A program made the position numbers and the translations under genes. Source: a virus (taxonomy: Duplodnaviria > Caudoviricetes). From it: a stretch of DNA of 57,098 bases. Under the pieces are notes generated by a model that ran no database searches, was not told the DNA's origin, and worked only from the letters and a program-made list of their open reading frames with translations. Shown here piece by piece: positions 38,759 to 47,434 of the stretch (the stretch's first letter is position 1; every line of letters begins with the position of its first letter). The DNA is taken from the IMG/VR virus record IMGVR_UViG_3300042934_000352, positions 1 to 57,098 of that record. One strand, 5' to 3'.

Positions 38759-38825
38759 CAATGGTAAGAGGGATAAGGGAATCCCTCTTTATTAAGCATG
38801 GTAGCTAATCACGCTCTAACCATTG
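38759..38825 (-). ncRNA. structured 5' leader RNA (AUUAGCUAC-loop three-way junction), copy 2
   Basis: Outer stem CAAUGGUUAGAG/CUCUUACCAUUG; hairpin GCGUG-AUUAGCUAC-CAUGC; hairpin AGGGAU-UCCCUU-AUCCCU with anti-SD loop. Confidence 0.65.
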
Positions 38826-38870
38826 TTTAATATATTAAGTTAATTAATATTAGTCAACGATAATTAAAAA

Positions 38871-39086
38871 TTATTTCAACTTTTTAAACTTAATACTATG
38901 TGGTTTACTTAATTCACCTTCATGTTCAACTTCAATAAATTGTCCACCACGGATTGCTCCTTGCAACTTTGCATCAAAGTAAATACGTATTCGCCAACCA
39001 TCAATAATTGTGATGAATGACTCTTGCTCAACTTCGAATACTTCAACGAATGATTTGTTAATTTTAACTTCATTGAATTTACTCAT
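38871..39086 (-). CDS. hypothetical protein
   Basis: 71 aa, AGGAGG RBS. Confidence 0.65.
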   Translation of the reverse strand: MSKFNEVKINKSFVEVFEVEQESFITIIDGWRIRIYFDAKLQGAIRGGQFIEVEHEGELSKPHSIKFKKLK

Positions 39087-39146
39087 TTTCTACCTCCTAA
39101 AAAGGGGAGGTGAGCAATTAATCTCACCTTATTAAGTTAATTTATA

Positions 39147-39932
39147 TTAAATAATTTGTTCTTTATCGAATACGATTAATTCATACATATCGGTGCTGGT
39201 CGGAGCTTTCAAAATTTCCATGTTAAGGTCTAACACTGCGGGTTCACCTTCTGAAGTAAATTGTAAGGAGAAGTTGTCCTCGAACTTGGCGTTAGGAATG
39301 TTGATTTGACCATTAAAGCTTTTCTTTGTAAAAATATCTGTCACGAGTACATCAATTGATACACGAAACGACTTTCCGAAAGAGTCTGCTGTAACTTTGA
39401 TAGTCTTAGCATCAGAAGCAGTATCAGCTTTATAGTAAACTCGGATTTTAGTAGAATTTGCAACAGATGTGTGGAAAGTCAAAACCTTAGCGTTAATCGA
39501 GTATTCTAAGGCATTTGTCCCCGGAGTACCTAAAGTATATTCTTGACCGTTAGTACCATCAGCATTAACTTTAAAAACTGAAATTAAAGCACCTTTCGGA
39601 GTTTTTGCTAAAGTAATAGTGTTAGAAGTTACGCTTTGCACTTCATTTAAATCAACTGTTTTGACACCAGAAACAAGGTCGTTACCAGTTAACATCGCAA
39701 CGGCTTTATTGTCGAAAATTGCGTCCTGCATGACAAGTTTCGCTTCTCTGTTTGAGCTGAAACCCACTATCTTAGCATTTCCGCGACCACCTCGGCTATA
39801 TTGTGTTTCTCCAGTTGTGTCGATTGATGTCGATTTTAAAGTAGAGAGAGTAACGATCGCTTTATTTGTTACTAAGTCAAAGAAACTTACATCTCCTGAC
39901 TCTGAAATTGCCCACTGATTAGGTGTTGCCAT
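39147..39932 (-). CDS. major tail tube protein
   Basis: RGGRGN, IPNAK..NF.L...GEP motifs; followed by terminator. Confidence 0.75.
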   Translation of the reverse strand: MATPNQWAISESGDVSFFDLVTNKAIVTLSTLKSTSIDTTGETQYSRGGRGNAKIVGFSSNREAKLVMQDAIFDNKAVAMLTGNDLVSGVKTVDLNEVQSVTSNTITLAKTPKGALISVFKVNADGTNGQEYTLGTPGTNALEYSINAKVLTFHTSVANSTKIRVYYKADTASDAKTIKVTADSFGKSFRVSIDVLVTDIFTKKSFNGQINIPNAKFEDNFSLQFTSEGEPAVLDLNMEILKAPTSTDMYELIVFDKEQII

Positions 39933-39965
39933 TTATAAATCATTCCTTTCTTATTTGTGTTAAAT

Positions 39966-40688
39966 TTATATCTTAATAACGTTAGCCCAATTAATATCAG
40001 GCAACTTTATTTTCGATTGATCTACGTTTCCTGTGTAAATACCAGTTGTAATTTGGTAGTAATTATCTATCAATCCTAATCGAAAATACATATCGTATAA
40101 TTGATAGATTGTTAGACTTAATGTTTTTTCAATACCGTGTGTGCGACAAGAAACAGCAGATAGAATACTATGAAGATTGATTTTTTCTTCCTTCTTAACT
40201 GATTTCGCTGCTAATTCGCGTTTCTTACGCATCTTTTCCCAAAATGATTTTACTTCATCATCTGCATATACAATTTTTTCTTCCTTCTTCTCCTGAATAA
40301 AGTTGCCAATCTTAGCTACTTTCTTAATCATCATCCATTTCTCCTCGGTGAAAACTGTATCCTCACGCAATTCATCGAAATAGATAACTCCTTCGTCCGT
40401 AACTTTCATTTCCTTATTCAAGAAAAGTTTAAAGGCTTTTGTTACTGTGTCACGGAAATAATGGTCATAAAAAATAGAAGTCACAAAGACTTCTAAGTCA
40501 GTATACTCATCAATTCCATCACGATTATTCAAGTAATCTTTGTTGAAGAGTAGCATTGACAAATACTCATTATGTTTACTTTCACCCATCCGAATAATCT
40601 CACGAACAGTAGGTAACTGAAACTGACCAATTCCAACATCAATAGGCTCATTTGCTAGTAGTCTTAAATGAATATCTGAATCTATCAT
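39966..40688 (-). CDS. tail-region protein
   Basis: LTIYQLYD.Y.RL motif; position. Confidence 0.55.
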   Translation of the reverse strand: MIDSDIHLRLLANEPIDVGIGQFQLPTVREIIRMGESKHNEYLSMLLFNKDYLNNRDGIDEYTDLEVFVTSIFYDHYFRDTVTKAFKLFLNKEMKVTDEGVIYFDELREDTVFTEEKWMMIKKVAKIGNFIQEKKEEKIVYADDEVKSFWEKMRKKRELAAKSVKKEEKINLHSILSAVSCRTHGIEKTLSLTIYQLYDMYFRLGLIDNYYQITTGIYTGNVDQSKIKLPDINWANVIKI

Positions 40689-41182
40689 TTCTTAAACTCC
40701 ACAAAATCATATTCAAACCGATACGCCACATGTTGACTAGGTGTTCTTCCAATTGTCCTACGCTTCACGAAATCCATCTTCCAACTACCAGTCACATATT
40801 CCATAGCAAATAACTGTTTCAGCCTATCTTCAATCCTAGCCGAACGGAAATCACCATTCTCGAAATCAACATGACAAAACACATCAAATATGACACTTTG
40901 ATTTACATACATGTGATTACCTCTGTTGGCATATCCGTCACCAAGATAAACAAACAACTTGCACGATTCCAGATTAGTTAAATCACTTTCTTTAGGAACG
41001 AGCATAATCTTGTCATTTCGTATTTCCCACGTTTCGTCAATGTCAAGTAAATTTGGTAATGAAGGGTCTAACGGATCGGGTGTGTTTGATTTTTTGGGTT
41101 TATAGTGCAATAGCCTCAACAATTCCTCATCATTCCATAGAACTTTGAGAATATCTTGTATGTTTTTATACGCCCCCATCAT
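40685..41182 (-). CDS. probable tail terminator/neck protein
   Basis: Position after head-tail genes; FDVFCH. Confidence 0.5.
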   Translation of the reverse strand: MMGAYKNIQDILKVLWNDEELLRLLHYKPKKSNTPDPLDPSLPNLLDIDETWEIRNDKIMLVPKESDLTNLESCKLFVYLGDGYANRGNHMYVNQSVIFDVFCHVDFENGDFRSARIEDRLKQLFAMEYVTGSWKMDFVKRRTIGRTPSQHVAYRFEYDFVEFKK

Positions 41183-41810
41183 TAATCACCCTTTCACCTG
41201 TAACGGTTATAACACCTTTACCATTAATCACTCTTGAGTAGTCAATGAATGTAATCTTGTATCTTGATTTGTACATGTCAAATTCTTGGTTTTCTTGTAG
41301 ACTGTCAGATTCTTGATATTTCAATGTTACCGCTATGCTATCTTGTGGGTTAGTCATTTGGTCAACCATACCTTTGAAGAAGTATCTAGGCTCTACGATG
41401 CAAGGCTCTTGTTTGGTAGATTCAACTGTTTCAAATTCAGGTCTGCCATATTCGTCTGTTCCCACTAAGACGGAAGCTTTATTCATTTGGATAGGGAAGG
41501 TGGAGTTGCAAAGTTTCATTTCTGCTTTTCTATAAATCTTGTTATCTTCAGGTAATGTAATAATCAACCAATGCAGATCACCTTGTTTTAATACGTTACC
41601 TCGTTCAATGTCAGCAATTTGACCAATGACTTGTTTAGTTTCACTGTCAGCATCATGTTTTTGGTAGATTAAAACTCTGGAATTAATGGTTTCATTGATT
41701 GTTACATCAAAACCTTCAAAGCCACTTAATGAATGCTCAAGGAGTAGCAATCCATCATGAGATAGTTTTTCATTTGTGTTAGTGTTGTGATAGTTTCTAT
41801 AATCTCTCAT
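41166..41810 (-). CDS. head-closure/neck protein
   Basis: Start ATG 41810 (GGTGA RBS); WLI...Y.KA.M.LCN. Confidence 0.55.
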   Translation of the reverse strand: MRDYRNYHNTNTNEKLSHDGLLLLEHSLSGFEGFDVTINETINSRVLIYQKHDADSETKQVIGQIADIERGNVLKQGDLHWLIITLPEDNKIYRKAEMKLCNSTFPIQMNKASVLVGTDEYGRPEFETVESTKQEPCIVEPRYFFKGMVDQMTNPQDSIAVTLKYQESDSLQENQEFDMYKSRYKITFIDYSRVINGKGVITVTGERVINDGGV

Positions 41811-42042
41811 TGTTATCACCACATTCAATGTGTATATGACTTGTTAATTTAGAAATATCAGCACTAACAGTTAATAATACATCTCTGATTTCGGCTAATT
41901 CTGGTTCATCCAATAACTTTTTATGAAGATATTCTTCAAGAAGATAAAGTATAGAATTGTTACGCTTACTTAACCTTGAACAGTAACTATATAGACTTTC
42001 CATTTCATCAGACTTATCAACTTTTACCTTAATTTCGATCAT
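41797..42042 (-). CDS. hypothetical protein
   Basis: 81 aa, overlapping both neighbours. Confidence 0.6.
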   Translation of the reverse strand: MIEIKVKVDKSDEMESLYSYCSRLSKRNNSILYLLEEYLHKKLLDEPELAEIRDVLLTVSADISKLTSHIHIECGDNNERL

Positions 42043-42434
42043 AAGAAATCACTCTCCATATACATAATTAACGAATCAATTGTTCGTTGTTGTTCTTTTA
42101 CGGAGGTTTCTAATGATTTCAATTGCGTACCAAAGTTTTTCAAGCCTACATCTTTTGAAAATGGTTGCCATAATGATTCAAAGTATGTCTTTTGATTAAT
42201 TAAGAATATCAATCGGATATAGTGTACAAGGACTAACAAAAGGTCATTACTTAATTCTTTGTCAAGTGTTTCATTTATATCATCACAAACTACTTCTTCA
42301 CGTAGACGATTGTTGAAATGCATAACACCATTTCGAATAGTCTCATATATTTTTTCAGGCGTTTGTGGCAAGTCAATATCTGAAACCTTGCAGTTATTTA
42401 AGAATGTCTGCCATACTTGATCGTAAGAGGTCAT
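42039..42434 (-). CDS. head-tail adaptor
   Basis: MTSYDQVWQTFL start, FSKD motif; position after capsid genes. Confidence 0.55.
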   Translation of the reverse strand: MTSYDQVWQTFLNNCKVSDIDLPQTPEKIYETIRNGVMHFNNRLREEVVCDDINETLDKELSNDLLLVLVHYIRLIFLINQKTYFESLWQPFSKDVGLKNFGTQLKSLETSVKEQQRTIDSLIMYMESDFL

Positions 42435-42447
42435 TTTTATTCACCCC

Positions 42448-42915
42448 TTAATCTTCAAATAGAATATCTTGTTTTACTCCGTACCAATCAGAAATAAACT
42501 TTAACTTAGAATTAGCATCTAATTCAATTTCTTTTGCAACGTCAACAAAGAATTTCTTCTCTTGTTTGTTAGTGATTTTGTTTAGTTCTGTCTTCATTTT
42601 ATTAAAGTTACCTTCGAGAATTTTTATTGCTTCTTCTTTTGTGTGTGAGTTATTGCGGTATTCTTCAACATCATCAATAGATTCTACTACTTCTTTTGCT
42701 GTTGGAGTATCCTCGATAATTTTTAATTCGCCATCTCTAAAACACATACTATTCAACAATAAATATTCTACTACTTCAGAAGGTAAAGGCTTTATATCAA
42801 CTTTAAGACCTTTGCTTCCAGCCCAAATATAAGTTTTTAAACCACCTGTATTAGTTGGATAGTTAACAATATACTGTGATGTTCTTTGTCTTGCTACTTT
42901 AATTAATTCTTCCAT
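42448..42915 (-). CDS. hypothetical head-region protein
   Basis: 155 aa after capsid terminator. Confidence 0.6.
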   Translation of the reverse strand: MEELIKVARQRTSQYIVNYPTNTGGLKTYIWAGSKGLKVDIKPLPSEVVEYLLLNSMCFRDGELKIIEDTPTAKEVVESIDDVEEYRNNSHTKEEAIKILEGNFNKMKTELNKITNKQEKKFFVDVAKEIELDANSKLKFISDWYGVKQDILFED

Positions 42916-42979
42916 TTGTCATTTCCTCCTTAGTTATCCTATAGAAAAAGAGAGAGGACTAAGCCTCTCCCAATTCAAA

Positions 42980-43993
42980 TTATAGAGTGATAGAATCGTC
43001 TTTCACGTAACCAATAGCTTGACCGAAAATTAATTCGATGTCAGCGTCTTGTACTAACTTAAGTTTGATACGCTCGTCTTCGATATCTTGTTCAGTCATT
43101 TGACGTAATCCACCAAATTCAACAACTACGAACGGCTTTTGAGAAACTGAACCAGCAAACATGTAACCAGTGTTTACAGGAAGTTCAACAGCAGTGTTAG
43201 CATCATTGATGAATGGGTTTACTAAGTTAACAGCGTCAGTACGAGCAATCTTAGTGATATTTAAAGCTTCACGAAGTTCGTCTTTTACTTTGTCGCTTAA
43301 AAGTTCTTTGTAAGTAGCATCAGAAGTTTGTTTCATTGCGAAATGGTCAATTAATAAAGTGTCAGCAACGAATACTGGACGACCACCATAACGAGCAAGA
43401 ACTGAAGCTAATTTGTTGTATTGTACTAAAGTTGCATTAGTAGCAGATAAAACGTTAGCAGCAGGGATGTCTCCACCTGCAACAGCAGCAGTGATTAATT
43501 TGTTAATAGTGTCAAGGTATAAACGAACTTTTGCATTAGCAATATCGTTGATTAAAGTACGAAGACTAGCTTCAGCATCTTGAATCATTCCGAATGGCTC
43601 ATAGTAGAAACCAGTTGAGAATGTACGAGGCACAGCGATTTCTGACTTTTTACCTTCTACACGCACTAAATCAACGCCTGAACCGTTAGCAGACCAACGA
43701 ACTTTAGCTTTAGATTTTTGTGGAATTTCATACTTTACAATTTGATCACGAGCAGCAGTTTTAACATCAGCAAAAATGCTAATCATGTCAGTAACGATTG
43801 GCTTTGCAATTTCATCAGCTTTTTGAACTACTAAGTTATTGAATTGGTGTAGTAAAGAAGGGTCTGGATTAAAAGAACCATCACCGAATACACGCTTTGC
43901 GAATTCTTGAATATCACGACCATCATTTTCTTCCATTTTCCCATTATATACACGAGAGAATAATCCTTTTAATTTATTTGTATCTAGTGCCAT
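42980..43993 (-). CDS. major capsid protein
   Basis: 337 aa, strong RBS, highly expressed codon style, terminator downstream, position after scaffold/decoration genes (SPbeta YonB-like). Confidence 0.78.
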   Translation of the reverse strand: MALDTNKLKGLFSRVYNGKMEENDGRDIQEFAKRVFGDGSFNPDPSLLHQFNNLVVQKADEIAKPIVTDMISIFADVKTAARDQIVKYEIPQKSKAKVRWSANGSGVDLVRVEGKKSEIAVPRTFSTGFYYEPFGMIQDAEASLRTLINDIANAKVRLYLDTINKLITAAVAGGDIPAANVLSATNATLVQYNKLASVLARYGGRPVFVADTLLIDHFAMKQTSDATYKELLSDKVKDELREALNITKIARTDAVNLVNPFINDANTAVELPVNTGYMFAGSVSQKPFVVVEFGGLRQMTEQDIEDERIKLKLVQDADIELIFGQAIGYVKDDSITL

Positions 43994-44028
43994 TATTAAA
44001 AAACCTCCTAATTATAGTATAATTTATA

Positions 44029-44565
44029 TTAAGCTTTTGTTACTTCTAAACGTACGACAGCCTTGCCTAAAGTGTAATCTAAGTCAGCTTCGTTAGAAAC
44101 TACAACGAATTGAGCAGAAGAAGTTGCATAGTCAGCATGAGGTGTACCAGCAGCAGAAAGAATAAATTTCTTAGTAGTTACATCAAAGTGAGCAACTTGA
44201 CCAACTGCAACAGCAGATTGTCCAGCATTTAATGAGAATGCAGAAGTGTCAAAACGAGTATAACCCGGCTCTAAAACTACGATTCTAGCAGCTTCTCCAA
44301 CAGCGTTGTAGAAATCTACCATTTCTTCACCCATGTAACGTGCTTCTGGAGATGCGATTAAATATGCTTTGTTTCCTTTTGCTGCTAATTGCTTTGCAGT
44401 ACGTTCACCTTCAGCGTTAAACCCAAGTTCAACAAGTGTAAATTGGTCAACGTCTGATCCTACGATAACTGCACCGTGAGCAACAGTTTTAACCTTTAAA
44501 TTCGATAGATTTCCAACCTCGTGATTTCCACGCTCTGTTAGAGTTTTTAATTGACGAGTAGCCAT
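44029..44565 (-). CDS. capsid decoration/cement protein
   Basis: 178-aa Ala/Val-rich protein immediately before the MCP. Confidence 0.6.
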   Translation of the reverse strand: MATRQLKTLTERGNHEVGNLSNLKVKTVAHGAVIVGSDVDQFTLVELGFNAEGERTAKQLAAKGNKAYLIASPEARYMGEEMVDFYNAVGEAARIVVLEPGYTRFDTSAFSLNAGQSAVAVGQVAHFDVTTKKFILSAAGTPHADYATSSAQFVVVSNEADLDYTLGKAVVRLEVTKA

Positions 44566-44594
44566 TTATAAATTCCTCCTTGATATTATTGTTT

Positions 44595-45863
44595 TTATAG
44601 TGAATATCTGCTTTCAAAGTCAATGTCAACCGGAATTAATTTTTCACGTTTGTTGGCCACTTCTCTGATAACAGCGTCTTCAGTATTTGATTCTACAGAA
44701 ACTTCCACTAACTCTACTAACATAGAATTAAGTTGAAGTACCGCTTGTTTACCATCTTCATTTTCATAAACTGCTTTCTTAACTAATTCTTGAACTTCTG
44801 CAGAATCAAACTTTTCAGCAGCTTTTAAAGCAGTAAACTTCTTTGCATAAAACTCTTTCTTTTCGTTTAATGCTTTCTCGAAGTTTTCTTGATCAACTTG
44901 TTCTTTGAAAGGTTTTAATTCTTCAACCACAGAGTTCAATTGAACAAGTTTGTCAGTCGCCTCATTAAGTTTAGTTAATAATGAATCATTTTCAGTTGTT
45001 AAAGAAGTTACTTTTTCAGTTAATTCATTTATTTGATTTTGCAGTTGAGTTAATTGATCATTTTCTTCAACGACTTCTTCTTGAGATTGTTCTACAACCT
45101 CTTCAACTGATTCTTCAATTGTTTCCTCGACTGTTACATCTTCGACATTAGTTTCTTCTACTACTTCACTAACTTCTTGAATTACTTTCTCATCTTCCAC
45201 TGTTTCACCTTCTTTACTAGCGTCTTGGTCAATAGCTTGTGCTACCAATTTTGTAAGTTTTGATACGTCATAAGCAGGGTAAACCTTTGAGTGATTTCCT
45301 CTAGATTCTGAATTTAATAGACAATGACCTTCGTATACATATGAAAGAATTTCTTCTATTCCATCTTTAACTGCGTAACTGTCGTATAAAATCTCCATAC
45401 TTGAAACAACATCAACACCTGAATCAACCCATTCTTTCAATAAACCAATTACATTAGGAAATCTAGATGCCCATAAAATACCTTTACCAGCAACAACTTC
45501 TTTTTGATTTCCGTTTTCATCAGTAATAGTTGTGATGTAAGCATCCTCATTAAACACACCAATTGGAACAGTATTTAACCCAACCATTAAATCTCCAGTA
45601 TCTCTATCCTCATCAATATAAACTTCATGAGAACCTAAAGCATCGTCTTTCGCTCCAGCCTCAGAAACAGAGTAGTATTTTGCAACAATAGGCATATCCT
45701 TAAGGGTATGTAATGTTTTATGTGCAGTTTCTTTGGATATAAAAGCTTTATTATGACTTACTTCAAAATCATGAAGGATAAACTCACAATCTTTTCTTGT
45801 AGGATTGTTAGAATCGGTAATTGAATTCAACTTAATGTCGAATAAATGTCTCTTCTTATCCAA
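44595..45863 (-). CDS. prohead protease/scaffold
   Basis: TTG start with GGAGGTG RBS; H, G.LW..RF, SSMEI, GHCLL protease-like N-domain; acidic coiled-coil C-terminus. Confidence 0.72.
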   Translation of the reverse strand: MDKKRHLFDIKLNSITDSNNPTRKDCEFILHDFEVSHNKAFISKETAHKTLHTLKDMPIVAKYYSVSEAGAKDDALGSHEVYIDEDRDTGDLMVGLNTVPIGVFNEDAYITTITDENGNQKEVVAGKGILWASRFPNVIGLLKEWVDSGVDVVSSMEILYDSYAVKDGIEEILSYVYEGHCLLNSESRGNHSKVYPAYDVSKLTKLVAQAIDQDASKEGETVEDEKVIQEVSEVVEETNVEDVTVEETIEESVEEVVEQSQEEVVEENDQLTQLQNQINELTEKVTSLTTENDSLLTKLNEATDKLVQLNSVVEELKPFKEQVDQENFEKALNEKKEFYAKKFTALKAAEKFDSAEVQELVKKAVYENEDGKQAVLQLNSMLVELVEVSVESNTEDAVIREVANKREKLIPVDIDFESRYSL

Positions 45864-45893
45864 TTTCTCACCTCCTTCAGAGGACATTTTTCA

Positions 45894-47423
45894 TTAAGTT
45901 GGAGTACTGTTTCCGTCAGTTGTTTTGGATTTAATAGTGTTCTCATTATCAGAATTATCCTCAGATGGTCTACCTGCATCTTCACCATTCATAGTGAAAG
46001 AACTTTGATAAGGTTTAATCTTTTCTTGTAATTTGAGTTCTTCAGTTTCATAAAGAGTTTGCTCAAGATAAGACTCCCACGAAACACCTGCAATATTATC
46101 AACGACATGTTTAATTGACCAACCTTTATCATTAAGTTTAGAAAGAATATCAATCTTTTCCTTAAGAGTAAGAGGGGTTTCCTTGTCATATGTCATATAA
46201 TAATTATCTCTTTGGTTACTAGGTAATATTAAGTTAATTAACTTTTGGTATATTTCTTGCTCAATATCTTCAAGCATTACTGCAATCCGTTTGTAAATAG
46301 TATCTAAATTAAGTTTAGCAGTGGCGAAATTTCCACCTGTACCATTTAATATTGATCCTGAAATACCATAAGCAGATTGAATATCACCATTGATATGCTC
46401 GAACTTTTTACCATCTAAACCATCCGTCTTAACATCAGGAAATTCAATCTTTGCAAAATCAGGTATAGAAACAACGGTGATTCCATTTGAGTTATTCTTT
46501 TCTAAAGCTGATTTAACTCCACTATGAACTTTTTGTTTTACTGGTTTAGGTAGTTTCATATTAGAATAGTCATTGTTTTTATCACCAGTACCAATATGAC
46601 CAATAGTTAAAACTGCAACAGCGTTAATAATCTTATTTGCTATTGAACGTTCTACATCTTTAAGTTTCTTCTTATGAAGAACATCATATAATCCGGGAGT
46701 TACCCAAGAAGTACCTAAGCCTTGATTTCGTTTAAGAGTGCCTGTTCGTAAGACAAATGTTCTGTCTTGTGGTAATTCCTTATACTTATACTTTTTTCTA
46801 TCACTCTTGTAATTTTGAAAATCAGTTTCCTTAATATAAGGGGAGAGGTTGTCGAATTGAGATTTTCTATAATCATCACTCATTGTAGAAAAATACTCCA
46901 TATCGACTACACATACCCAATCACCATTTCTACGAAATGCAGGGAATACAAGTTTTACATCATCAAAGATATAAGGATACGGATTCGATTTAGCACCTAA
47001 CCAAATTCCAACAAGTGTACCAGCAGTTGCATTTTGTTTAAGTGTGTCTCTAGTCAAACGCTTGTGTTTAACCTTGTGCAAGGCTTTATTGATAATACCA
47101 ATATATTTATCATTACTTTTCGGCTTATCAAATGAATCAATTTTATAATTCAAAGTAGGGAGAGCTTCAATCAATTCAAACAATTGATGAATTTCTGCCG
47201 ATGAAATGTAATAATATTGTGCCAAGTCCTCGATTTCTTTTTGGAATTCGTCAGGATTGGCAAAGTATTCTTTTAATTTTTCAGAATCAACTTCATTGAT
47301 AATTCCTTGTGAGAAAATCTTTGAAATGAATCCATCTGCAAATGATGATATATATTCTTTATAATCATTTGTTGCACGTAAATATTCTTCTGATTCAGTA
47401 TCAACTGTTATTATTTCGTTCAT
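45894..47423 (-). CDS. portal protein
   Basis: 509 aa after terL; acidic GRP tail. Confidence 0.78.
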   Translation of the reverse strand: MNEIITVDTESEEYLRATNDYKEYISSFADGFISKIFSQGIINEVDSEKLKEYFANPDEFQKEIEDLAQYYYISSAEIHQLFELIEALPTLNYKIDSFDKPKSNDKYIGIINKALHKVKHKRLTRDTLKQNATAGTLVGIWLGAKSNPYPYIFDDVKLVFPAFRRNGDWVCVVDMEYFSTMSDDYRKSQFDNLSPYIKETDFQNYKSDRKKYKYKELPQDRTFVLRTGTLKRNQGLGTSWVTPGLYDVLHKKKLKDVERSIANKIINAVAVLTIGHIGTGDKNNDYSNMKLPKPVKQKVHSGVKSALEKNNSNGITVVSIPDFAKIEFPDVKTDGLDGKKFEHINGDIQSAYGISGSILNGTGGNFATAKLNLDTIYKRIAVMLEDIEQEIYQKLINLILPSNQRDNYYMTYDKETPLTLKEKIDILSKLNDKGWSIKHVVDNIAGVSWESYLEQTLYETEELKLQEKIKPYQSSFTMNGEDAGRPSEDNSDNENTIKSKTTDGNSTPT

Positions 47424-47434
47424 TGTTTCACCTC

